Part shown: positions 40,306 through 51,722 of the stretch, piece by piece
Numbering within the stretch: position 1 is the stretch's first letter
Layout: every line of letters begins with the position of its first letter
Assembly: GCA_002633005.1 (NCBI GenBank)
Contig: NMRA01000465.1
Coordinates: forward strand, 290,440 to 354,439
Direction: 5' to 3'
DNA: 64,000 bases
Source of the DNA: Phoronis australis
Taxonomy: Eukaryota; Animalia; Phoronida
Made by a program: the position numbers and the translations under genes
The notes under the pieces: generated by a model
Databases searched by the model: none
What the model saw: only the letters and a program-made list of their open reading frames with translations
What the model was told of the DNA's origin: nothing

Positions 40306-40416
40306 CTTGTTGCGACCATGATGAAGATTATTGTGCCATTTACGCTGTTGTTACTTGCTTAACTAACGAGCTTACAAGAAGGCAGTGTCCTCTTTCTTGT
40401 AGACTGTGCAAGCAAA
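40306..40416 (+). CDS. Gene 1 exon H: one ShKT domain with an extra Cys
   Basis: Acceptor tttcttaatttgcag, donor A|gtaagt; 111 nt, phase 1-1. Reads xCCDHDEDYCAIYAVVTCLTNELTRRQCPLSCRLCKQ. Confidence 0.88.
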
Positions 40417-40704
40417 GTAAGTGTTTTGTTGATCCTTCCTTCGACACAAATCTTCTCAGTTCCGACGAGGATAAAATTGAAAACTTGCAAATGAAACACT
40501 ATCCCTCGAACTGATCTCTTTCTTCTATTCATTACTACCACTAACCCTGATTGTAATAGAAACATAACAGTGCGCTCAGAATTTCTACTCAAGTATGAAT
40601 GGAAAACTACGAAATCGTATCGAACAAGTCTTTGAATACATGCACCTTTTTCATTTGATCTCATCAAATTGTCGTTAACGTGGTGACTTTACGACGAAAA
40701 TTAT

Positions 40705-40930
40705 GAATTCCTATGTATGTGGAATAACCTATATAACCTATATTTATCCCATATATGTGAAAACATGGATGTTGTGTACATATAGGTACATACAGGTACA
40801 TAGGCATCCTATGGAGAATTCATTTCATCCGGTCTCGTTGGGACATTCCCAGATGAAATGAATTTGAAATAGGATATCGTATTAGTATTCCTATGTATGT
40901 GGGATAACCTATTTATCCCATATATTTGGA
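40705..40930. repeat. MITE-like segment with direct and inverted repeats
   Basis: ttcctatgtatgtgg(a/g)ataacctat...ttatcccatatat occurs twice; inverted pair aattcatttcatc / gatgaaatgaatt. Confidence 0.55.
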
Positions 40931-41077
40931 CTTTTTGCATCATCGTGGCAATAACTCGTTGCCGTGTGATCCGGCTTGTTGTTATATGACGTTATATGTA
41001 TGCAAAATACGGTAAGCTACAAGACATTCTGTGAAGTTGAGAGCATGAAAATTTTGAGACATCCAGTTGAGAAAACA

Positions 41078-41812
41078 GATCAAGTTTGAGTCTAATACTG
41101 GAATTAAAACTTACAAAAATTAGCGACGTTGCGTCCGCATCTCACGGACTTCAGCTTGGCTTGTGACGTTATTGTTATTCTAGCCAATTGGTGGCGTTTT
41201 CGCTAAACAGCGCGGCATTGACGTCAGTACACCATCCCATACGTGTGACAAATCGAATCTTAAACTGCCTCTTTTATTTAAAGACGGACTCTCAATGCGC
41301 TCATGGAGAGCTTCTTTTACACCCCTTTTGAACCAGTCTTTCTCACAGTCTAAAATAGTAACATCACATGTGGGCTACTGGACATCGATGTGAGCTACTG
41401 CACATTTGCGCTTCTGGACATGTGCGCTACTGGACATGTGCGCTACTGGACATGTGATCTCAATACGGGTGAGCTACTGCACATGTGCGCTACTGGACAT
41501 GTGAGCTACTGGACATGTGAGCTCAATACGGGTGATGTTACTATTTTAGACTGTGAGGAAGACTGGTTCAAAAGGGGTGTAAAAGAAGCTCTCCATGATC
41601 GCATTGAGATCCCGTCTTTAAATAAAAGAGGCAGTTTAAGATTCGATTTGTCACACGTATGGGATGGTGTACTGAAGTCAGTGCCGTGCCGTTTAGCGAA
41701 AACGCCACTAATTGGCCGGAATAACAATAACGTCACAAGCCAAGCTGAAGTCCGTGAGATACGTCGTTAATTTTTGTAAGTTTTAATTCCAGCATTAGAC
41801 CCAAACTTGATC
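41078..41812. mobile_element. Fold-back (inverted duplication) of a Penelope-like 3' end with a 16 bp tandem spacer
   Basis: Arms 41078-41368 and 41532-41812 are reverse complements and encode VTILDCEEDWFKRGVKEALH...PSLNKRGSLR (GIY-YIG C-terminus). Spacer is (acatgtgcgctactgg)n. Confidence 0.85.
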
Positions 41813-42579
41813 AGTCTGTGAAGTTGTAAAGTTTTATTTCGTAATAAACTGAACGATATTTTAAGATTGTCAAATATACAAGTTAAAGCACTGAACCATT
41901 CAGTTATAACAAAAGTTTTTCGGAAACTTAGAAACAATCCATCCAGGAATATAAAAATTGAAACATTATATTCCCTGAACTGAGTTGTCTGCAACAGCTT
42001 GTGGTTTTAGCTTCGATGAATTTCTTAGTTTTCCTGTTCTATTTTCGTGTCTTATCTTCTAAATTGTAAATAGTAATAGAAACATTCCCCGTGTTGATCA
42101 CAGCATTGGAAAATAATGATCGAAACAGTGCTGATTTGCAGAACTTGAGGTAAGGACTATCGCAAAGCAGAAGTTTTACGCCACGGCCGGCAGCGGAAAG
42201 TTGAACGCTGCGAGCAGACAATTGCCTCATTAAAGAAGCACATATTCGTTATTAGGTCTTGATTTCCTGCAAATACCTCAGAGATATCAGGGTAGACAGA
42301 CTGCATGCATCCAAAACGAAACGTTTTTCTTGGATTTGAATTAGATTTTGGCAGATTTTACCAGCCGGTGACCTTACTTAATTTGACCTATTTATGTGTA
42401 TGATGACCCGGATTGAAAGTTCAGCGAGGCCCAAAAATAACGGACTGATCACCGTGCGTCGGAATTTTCATCGGTTAATCTTTTCTGTTTTTAGAGCAGT
42501 AAAACTGCTTGTTCAGGAACGATGCCTTGAATTAATGATTTAGGTAACCCAAATGATTGAGCCCAATAAAATTTGGCGT

Positions 42580-42880
42580 TGTACACGCGAATTATTTACT
42601 CCACCAGTAGACTGCACACCAACCGTGAAATACGGCTTATAGCGTTGAAGACGGCTTCTACCGTGATATACGGACTCTGGTTCTACTTTCCCGTATATCA
42701 CAGTTGAATACGTCACATATACAATGGCCGGTTTTTCATATATATGGGTTAAGTCACGTTATCAACTGTAAAATACGGGAAAGTAGAGCCAATCTGTATA
42801 CCACGGCGTGGCTTTATTTAAGTTAAAGCCGTGTTTCATGATTGGTGTGCAGTCTGCTAGTGGAGTAAATTCGCGTGTAC
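42580..42880. mobile_element. Palindromic MITE
   Basis: gtacacgcgaatt..tactccaccagtagactgcacaccaa at the left; reverse complement ttggtgtgcagtctgctagtggagtaaattcgcgtgtac at the right. Confidence 0.75.
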
Positions 42881-42884
42881 TAAA

Positions 42885-43700
42885 AAGGTATATGGACCAA
42901 TTTTACCTTTTCCTCTAAAAACTATTATGTTGACGAAAAGGGATGTCGGAATTCTTATCACATTTTGTGCAAAAATGATGTAACATTATCGGCACAAAAG
43001 AAATTTGAAATATTGGGATTTTCGCTATCAGAGATGTGGAACTTTTATTACAAACTTTCCACATGAATGTACGAATGACACAAAATTACTTTTCTTTCAG
43101 TTCCTCTTGCTGCATAGAATTCTACCTACTAATTATTTTAAATAAGATTAGATATGCGGTATCAAATCATTGTACTTTTTGTAAATACTTTCCTAGACGT
43201 TAGAGCATTTATTTTTGAATGTGTGTGCATGTTAACTCTTTGTGGATGGGGTACGTCTCTGGTTAATGACTGCAATGCAAGTGAATTTTGAAAAAAATAC
43301 AGCAAAACCACCATTATATTTGGTCTTCAAAATGAACAGAATAGAGTTTTGAATTGGTTTCTTTTACAAACTTAAATTTTTATTTTTAAAATGAAGTTTG
43401 CTATTGTCAAACCTAACTCAACATGTCTTAATTGTTTGAGGGTATGCTTTAATGTAGAATTCAGTGCTTTTTTCAACACACGGAAATTTAATGATACAAA
43501 CAAATGAGAGGATTGGAAATGTGTTTTTGAAATATGAAGGGAGCCATAGAATTGACCAGATGCCAGAACATAACTTCAATTCGTATTTTTAAAGGCATAT
43601 ATATGTAACTTGAAAGTAACAATCAAATGCTTTCTGGCTTTTTGCACAGTTCTATACTACGTCGTTGTGTTTGTTGTACCTGTTTTGTAATAAAAAGTTA
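42885..43700 (+). mobile_element. L1/Tx1 3' fragment, same family as 18420-20600, opposite orientation
   Basis: Colinear near-identity with the reverse complement of about 18450-19250 (e.g. ttccacatgaatgtacgaatga, ggttaatgactgcaatgcaagt). Confidence 0.88.
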
Positions 43701-44819
43701 GTATACAACGCCAAATTTCACTGGGTTCGATCATTTGGGTTACCTAAAACATTGAAAAGGCAGTTTTACTGCTCTAAAAACATAAACAATTTATCGATGA
43801 AAATTCCGACGCACGATGATCAGGCGGCTATTTTTGGGCCTCGCTAAAGATTCAATATGGGTCTTCATAATTAGGTCAAGCTACATAGCTTCCCCAATGC
43901 TGTGATCAAAAAAGAGGAAATGTTTCTATTACTATTTATAGTCCAAGAAGACACGAAAATACACGAAGAAAATTAATAAGTTTATCGAAGCTAAAACGAC
44001 ACATTGCTTCACAACTATTCAGCGAATTTTATAATCCCGGAATTAACATTTTTAAGTTTCATACAAACTTTTTTGTACTTTTTAATGGTTCAGAGAGACA
44101 CCCCTTGGGTGACCCTTGGTGGTCTTAATTCATTTCACATCGTACAAATTCTCCCGTAATCAATTCATTTTGAGCAGTCCTTCGATCAAATGCCCCAATC
44201 GGCAAAATGCGATTTTTACCACTGCGCGCGCCGAGAGTTATGACGTCGCATTGTAAAATTGGCCAGTTGCCGATTTGGGCAACTGAACAACGGACTGCTC
44301 GGAAAAAGTTTGAATACGGGATTATTTATTCGAGTTGGAGAGAATTAAAGACACCGACAACCATCTTAGATGTAACTCTATGTGCAACAGGTAGGTCTAC
44401 TTAAAGCAACGAAACTTTGATGTTTTAATCAGTGGGAGCTAGGAATAATTTACCGAAAAGCTTACGTCGTATGGAGTGCCTATGGAAGCTTTACTATCTC
44501 GAAAGCCTATTGAGACGGTAGTCATCATCTACCGGCGCTTGAGCTGAAGTGAGTGTCAAAGAGGGAATATCTGGTAATTACATGGGGTGTCAAATGTCAC
44601 TTTTAATGTGTGTCATGTATCAATGAATTGGTAGTTCATGCGTTTCGGGGGTTCAATAAACAGTTAGCGTGGCTATGCCAGTGTAAGAGTATGTCAGTAA
44701 CACTCCTATGGGTTGAAAAATCCCTTGCTCGATTGGCGTGATGACAAACCAAGCGTCAAAACTTTACTAGTAACCTTTTGCAACAGTCTCGCTTTCCAAC
44801 ACACCTTGTTGCATTACAG

Positions 44820-44971
44820 CGTGCAAAGATCGACTGTTCAACTGCGATTTATTCATTGATCAATGCCAAAATGAGATCCGCAAGGAAGCGATGGAGTATT
44901 ATTGTGCTGCCACGTGTAATTTCTGCAAACCGTGTGGCTCTGGTTCCCGAAAAATGACTGTACGGAAGTGA
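44820..44971 (+). CDS. Gene 1 terminal coding exon I: one ShKT domain plus stop
   Basis: Acceptor ttgttgcattacag; phase 1 start. Reads TCKDRLFNCDLFIDQCQNEIRKEAMEYYCAATCNFCKPCGSGSRKMTVRK*, with TGA at 44969-44971. Confidence 0.88.
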
Positions 44972-47900
44972 AAGGGCTTGATAAAGACACCAACGGCGTC
45001 GTTCTTTTCTCACTACGTCGTCGTATACATTTTGATGTACATACAGCATAGTTTAGTTTAAGAGCACTTGCCAAATGCATGTTTTCAACTGATGTCGAAT
45101 ACATTTTTGAATAGTGACTGAGATTTTGATTACAGGTTTCAAGTTCTGAGTCGAATGAAATCATGAGTAGCCGGCACTTAATCTGATATTAAGGCGATTT
45201 CTGTATACAGCATAACAGACTTTCAGAGGTTCTTTCAGCAATATACGTTGTGTTCACTTCCAGTAGTGATACTGAATTGTATAGGATATGTAGAAATATA
45301 CTAATTCTAAGACTAAATGACCTGTAGACGAATCTAGGCAGGTGCACACCTACCATATACGCAAATATGAACGTGTGTTGTCGACAAAAATTGAATAATG
45401 GAACTTTAGAACTGTAATTCTTTTGCAAAATATTGTAAAAGCAATGCGCTAACATGCCATAGGCAAAAACTCAATTACGATAGTCTCACTTCTAAAAACT
45501 ATTAAAACTTTTTTGTTATCATCACACTTTGTGACATGGTTTGTGTGTGCTATAATAGAATGACTACCTACGGCCCTGTAAGCTTTGAAGTAATTTCACA
45601 TATTACTTTAACTTTTGTCTATTTTGCAAGTTCTTGATTTCAAATTTGGTCACAAGAACATGTTCGTTTGCGTCAGATCGTTTTGATCTCGTAGCTGTAA
45701 GTTGGCATAGTTAACTTATTGTAGTAGAGATTTGTACTGTTTCATGCATGGTAAATGAGATCAGAACTACACTGTAAGCCCTTCTTAAAATATTACAAAA
45801 GCCTGTGAAGTGTATGCGTAATAAATATAATTGTACCCACCATTTTTCGAATTTCACTACATAAACGCAATGATAAATGTTAATATTTCAATGATTTCGA
45901 CAACTGGGTGCAACATTCCCTGTTCCTTATTGTTATTGTATAGACCCATCACGTGCATGTTTCACGAATATTCAGAAACTTGCTTTTACTCTCTACACAG
46001 CCATTTCTGAAAAAATAATGCAAAAATTTAAAATCTCTGAAAATAAACTCACAAATCCTAGTTAGAAATATAATTACCATAAAATATTTGCAGACTATGA
46101 TGTGGTAATGGACAAACCTTTATTCAGTAATTGCGAAGTGGTAGGGTAAGACAGCATTTTTGTTGTCTTTAATGAAACAGACCCCAAATTTTGTATCTTT
46201 CACACTATCTGTCAACTGACGTTGACAAACAGTTGTGAACCAGCTACTTAATTTAAGCGATCAATTGCACTGCACACTCTCGGAGCTGAAAAAGCGTGTA
46301 AATTTTTCTTCCTGTAACATTGTAAACAAATATAGTTGAATGATTTTTACGTGTTACAGTGACACTAAATCCTATCTGACTCCTAGTGCAACAAGGCAGA
46401 TTAATACACAGAGCACATTCTATACATATTTTTAATAAAAAATCTTACAATATTACACTTTGAAAATAGTGAAATCCGAATTATCTGGGGAATGGTAAGC
46501 AAGAATTCAGCGAGAAATTCGAAAACTCGAAAGTCTACCGACTGATCCACATCGAATAATCGTATTGATGTGCTGTAATGATGGTTGCAGCTGCAGAGGC
46601 CCGTGTGCACAGCTTGGAGCATTAGCAGGACAATGAAACAAGAACTACTTTGTAATCATCTAGATTAATGCTAACAAATTTTCCTATTATAGTTCAACCA
46701 TCACTTAATGTGTCGCAAAAACTTTCAGCCTAATATCGAAGGTTTTTAGGCGGGACTGGCTAAATTTTTCGCACATGATTAATCAGATGATTCCGTTAGT
46801 CGCCATTCGTGCAACTAGTAACCAGAAATTGGTTTAAAGCTCATCTTGAGGCTTCCAGGGCCTCTGCAAATCTTATGAATTTACTTACTACGAAGGGTCG
46901 TACTCCTTGGAAAGTTATTAAATGGAACATTTAGTTAACGAATTGCAGCACACATTGAAACACTACACCGGAAGAGAGATTGGTCTACTTGCCTCGTTTG
47001 TGTATTAGATGACCGATCTGTGAAAGGGGAGAATGAGACCACTGGTTACAGTCGTGTAAACTTTTGCGTCTATTCTCGTATCTCATGCAGCTCATTCATA
47101 CAGGGCAACATGAAATTGCAATCTTTAAGCAGGAAAGTACCAGGAAATACACAAAACGTACATTGTAGTGTACATGAAGAAATATCCCACGAGACATTAT
47201 TGCTCGTATCGATATGCGAAATAATGTCGAGTGGGATATTACTTCATCTAAGCCAATCTAGGTACGTTTTTTTATTAATCCCATACACTTCGACTCCTAA
47301 GTTTCTTTCAGTTTTTTGGAAGATTTTTAAATACTTTACTCAGACTGTTCACGTGGCGGATCACATACTACATGTATGTAATAGTGCGTTAGGTTGCAAG
47401 TTTTCTCCAGTAAAAGAAAGTTTTAATGTAAACGTAACAATTTTTTGCTTTATAAGAGATAACAAAGACAAAAACAACGATAAATGTGCATTGAACTTGA
47501 ATTATTGTCCGACAACAATTAATTACCAACAACACTTAACATTGTGTTTACTGAGGAATAAGCGCGTGAGTTGCAGACGACATCATAGTTAGCAAATAAA
47601 ACTGATAGAGAAGTGTCATATAATTTGTAGTTTTGTACCAGATGTTACTTTTGGGACCTGATTGCATGTTGAGTGTTATACTGTTGCAATTTTATTTCCT
47701 TAAACTATTTTGGGAAACTTTGATGATCGAATCGGCTAACGACGTCGAATCGGCATTGACCTACCTTTTGAAATTTCCATGTCGGAAGGAACTGCTAAAG
47801 TAGTCCCGGGAGTGTAATGCAGAAAACAATATCACATAGCTGAATTACACTCGACTTATCCAACGCGTATTGAATAAAAGACTTGGACGTTGAAGTACGC

Positions 47901-48063
47901 ATACAAATCACGTGGTCCCATAGAATACTACAAAGGACGAACGTGGCCTGGTTTTCGAGATATTTAGCAAACTCATATGCCAAAGAGTTCAAGACCAGAC
48001 TGGATGTTGAACAATTCAGCTAAGAGAATGTGTCGTCCGTTATATAATGACACACGAATTGTC

Positions 48064-48124
48064 ATGAAATCGATTGTCAAGGAATTCTGGTTGGCAATAT
48101 TTCTGTGTGTGGTCACTGTGGTGA
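48064..48124 (+). CDS. Gene 2 (astacin-ShKT) probable first coding exon: signal peptide
   Basis: MKSIVKEFWLAIFLCVVTV(V) followed by overlapping donors gtgagt (48121, phase 0) and gtaagt (48125, phase 1). The phase 1 donor fits the exon at 50470. Confidence 0.6.
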
Positions 48125-48339
48125 GTAAGTCACTCCTTGAAACTTAACATACAAACAATATGAAAACATGCTATTTTGAATCGTTTAGTTCTAATGGATA
48201 AAAACAAAATTGCAAAAAGTAGTTTTATGGGATCTTAAACGATATTTAAAATTATTGAGAAATGCGATTTATTTTTTTAGAAAATGCATGAAACAAACAA
48301 ATTGTGTATTTCGTAAGCTTTAAAGCATTCAGTTGCCAG

Positions 48340-48850
48340 CTAGAAGACTTCAATGGGTTAAAAATGACTGCGCTTAGATAGATCTGTTGACACGACTATT
48401 TTGTAGAAGAGTAACTACCTCTGCCGGTAACTCAGAAGTCCGTCACAGCTCGATTGAAAGCATATATTCCAGCACTGGAGGTTTAGGTGGCTCGGTACTC
48501 CGTAGTTTCTGTGAAGAAACGGATTTGTCGTGTTTGTAAAAGTGAAATCGAACATAAAGTTAAATTTCATCGTTGACTGTGAAAAATGTACTCATATTCA
48601 ACCATTTTTACTGCCTTACCTCAGATATTCCAAAATAACTTGGAAGGTCTAGCAAACTTCATTCAGGACGCTTTGCACGTAGCTAGTCTAAAGTTGTCAG
48701 ATTTAACTTGACTGCGTTCATCATATTACATGTATGTCATGGTTTAGGGGTTAGAAGGTGACTGAGTAAACCCATTGAGGCGAATATTTTGTATTTGATA
48801 TTATTTATTCACTGGCACCCTTATGTCACTATATAAAATAAATAATAAAT
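48340..48850 (+). mobile_element. Decayed LINE 3' end
   Basis: RICRVCKSEIE zinc-finger-like remnant, ggtgactgagtaaacccattgaggc and a (TAAA)-rich tail. The same 3' end recurs inverted at 63580-63720. Confidence 0.55.
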
Positions 48851-50469
48851 ACAATGAAAGGTTGCTTAGCGTAGCGTTCACGACTTTTGTCTTTCTGTGT
48901 GTCTGTGTAGCTGTGAGGTGAGATTAACAGTTTCAAGTTTACTATCACACAAAAATGTCTCTTATTTTTAATAATGGCATTACTGCAGTTACGAATAATT
49001 CTTGACCATTGATGACTAAGATTCATATGTTCCACTCAGGGTACTTCCAAAAATAATCCTTTGTACACGATGGTGAGTATTAAAAAATAGTTGATGGAAT
49101 GTGAGAGACCAAATATCAGCGCTTACGTTAATGTCACAGCATTTTGCAGCCATGTTTGAACTTTCATAACTAGAGCAGAGCAAATGTCATTCTCGAAACA
49201 CAGTCATTTTATTAAAATTATACACCATTTGACCAGCAAAATTCAGTATTGCCAAAGAACTCAATGACATTAACAACACAGGGATAAACATTGCCACGTT
49301 TTTAAACTAGCCATTGAATAAATATTTTACAACCAGGGTAAAACGTGACGTCAACAATGATGAAATAAGGTGACTGTGTCATTTTGGCCTTGTAAACATC
49401 ATACAACCATAAAAAATTGTAGGCAGCAGACTTCTCGAAATTTCATATTCAGCAAAGCACACTAGAAGTTGTTCGTCGTTTTTAGTTAAAACACGCATTT
49501 ATTACAACTAACCCAGCTAGTGCACGTTGTCTTAAAACAATGCGTACACGCTGGCGAAATGAAATAATACCAAATGTTTATGTAACTTCAGAGAAAATTT
49601 TCCAATACATGTATACTGAACATTAAGGTAACTCGATAAAACGCTGAGAAAAAATAAATTTCTGCACAAGTCGCGGGGAATGTTTCCCCCTAAGGGGTAG
49701 AGGTTTGTGTCACACTTTAAAATCTAGAGACCAACAAACTACAGTACATGCAAACACCCCGCGTCCAAGGAAATAAGCACTTGAGACAGTACCAAACGTT
49801 CTCCCGCCACCACTTTTTCATGTACCTACCGGAAACGATACCTGAGAGGACAAAATTCTAAGCCGAGTTGACGGTACCTCCACACCAACCCCTCCTGTGA
49901 GAGAATGCCCTGCCGTGAACTATGTACTCTCCATCAACAGGCAGTGCAAGGACAGTTGTTTAAAAGATCGGCTGAGCTCACGCAGATTCTCAAAGAGGAG
50001 GCGATTCGTTCTGGACATGCATCCATGGAACATCTAATAGCTACAGCCTTTGAAATGTCCGCAAGTGAGTTACATCTGCTTGTTGTTTGAAGCAAAATAA
50101 AACGTACGTGGTTGCGAGTGGGTGGCGATGTGAAGGAAACATCAGACAAACAAGATACAAATCCTTCTGTGGCCCCAAGGCACTCAAGAGCCATTTGCAG
50201 CGAAATATGTTGGTATGTGCTGTTGGACACGGAAATCGGAAGCGTTGCTCTTTTAGTAAATAAATCGCGCTCCGTCATCCAAGCCCTTCAGAGGCGACCG
50301 TTTTACTTGAGCTGGCTTGTTACAAACACGATTACGTGCAATAGAGTAGCCTTTCACTTGGCTGGTTTTGACAACTTCTAAGGAATTACCATAACAAGGC
50401 AGATCTTAGATCGAATTATGTTTGTCCAGTCATACCACTTTCCTCAATGGGCTCGTTTTTCCATTGCAG

Positions 50470-50617
50470 TTAAAATGATTAAAAATGGCACCTTTGCAAA
50501 CGCTCAAACTAGTGATGAAGAAAACTTCTATCTGACCGAGCTGGATTTGAAATTGACACCTGAGCAGATGGCAATACTGTATCCTGATCGATTTCGTCAA
50601 ATGACAGGTACTACCTG
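50470..50617 (+). CDS. Gene 2 exon: astacin prodomain
   Basis: Acceptor tttttccattgcag, donor TG|gtaagt (phase 1-2). Reads KMIKNGTFANAQTSDEENFYLTELDLKLTPEQMAILYPDRFRQMTGTT; ELDLKLT matches the EGDI.L prodomain motif. Confidence 0.82.
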
Positions 50618-51624
50618 GTAAGTAAGGAATCCAAGATGTCGAACGTTATCATAAAGACAGGCAGCATTGAACACTCATTGGGTTTTGTCTCGCGGCTCAC
50701 ACAACAAAGGACTTGACACCTTCTTTCCACTATATCGAAAACTCTATGGGCAAATTAAAATATTTTGAACGTTTTTACCTCAAAAGGGACATATAAATTT
50801 TACCCGGTCTCATATTTTTGCATTTTTCACTTCCACCCATGAGGAACCCAAGCTCAGGCAAAGTGTTAAATTACGCAGCCTCACACCACTATTTGCCTGC
50901 CGATGGCTGTGTCACGGGCTACCACTAGAGTCTACTAAACGCAATTTTTATTATAAATTAACAAAATGGATCCAGAAAAGCTGTTACCCAATCAGATTTT
51001 TTTTTTAAATTTTGGTCTGTTAATTGAGGATTACTCGAAGTAATTGCTGCAGATTCCTCAGTTATTGAACTGAAATTCAATTGTGTTATAGGGTATCACA
51101 GTTTTCAAGAAAGTGAAATCTGCAGTCGAACTAGTGGATTGAATGAGTATATGAAAACCAGATCCGTTGAACCTTGCACACCTCAAAACTCCAACCAACC
51201 CTAACTTAGCCGCCATATTTATTTTCCGGGAAGTGTAACCATAGCGTTGGTTAACTTTATTCGATTTTACTTATGGCTAAATACCGGCATACCGGATGTC
51301 ATGCTTTCATCATTCGAACAATTTGTGGAATTTTTGGTTCTTGGACGTTGCAGTATCGCGTTTATTTTACAAATTTTCTTTTGTGTGGTTAGAGTGGTTC
51401 TTTAATCAAGTATGTCGTCCCAAAGCTAAGAAACATTCGACACAGGGACCTTTTTCGTAAAGGGGGCTTACTTCAAATGAAAGTTGGTGCGGTCACGTGT
51501 GTGATCTTAAAAAATCTCACTGGAAAACAGTTTTACGGAGCAAAGATCTGTGTCACAGCGCCACCTGGCAATGAAACGGAGTGAAAAACCTAGCCCAGAT
51601 GACAAGCTATTACTTAATATTCAG

Positions 51625-51722
51625 GTCCCGCAGCCGGAGGTTTAAAAGAGCATCCGGTACCGACGCTATAGCGCTTTGGCCAGACGCTACCATGCCATAT
51701 GTCGTGAATAGATTTTCTTGGG
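51625..51722 (+). CDS. Gene 2 exon: furin site and mature N-terminus
   Basis: Acceptor ttaatattcag, donor G|gtaagt (phase 2-1). Reads WSRSRRFKR/ASGTDAIALWPDATMPYVVNRFSW. Confidence 0.88.

Larger units (their letters stand above)
41887..44093. mobile_element. Long-TIR non-autonomous DNA element (Kolobok-like left end) hosting a MITE and an L1 fragment
   Basis: Left end TTAA|AGCACTGAACCA; about 41890-42115 is an imperfect inverted match to about 43890-44093. Confidence 0.55.

Noticed and set aside
40318-40362. Signal-peptide-like MMKIIVPFTLLLLA suggesting a new gene start
   Set aside because: It stops after 14 codons; the alternative frame is a clean ShKT exon with matching splice phases.
45820-45825. 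AATAAA as the gene 1 polyadenylation signal
   Set aside because: One of several AATAAA hexamers in AT-rich DNA; cannot be assigned without 3' end data.
47020-47592. 190 aa ORF between the two genes
   Set aside because: Non-ATG start, no recognisable motif, and composition typical of intergenic sequence.
48040-48048. TATA-like box upstream of gene 2
   Set aside because: Too close to the ATG at 48064 for normal TATA-to-start spacing.
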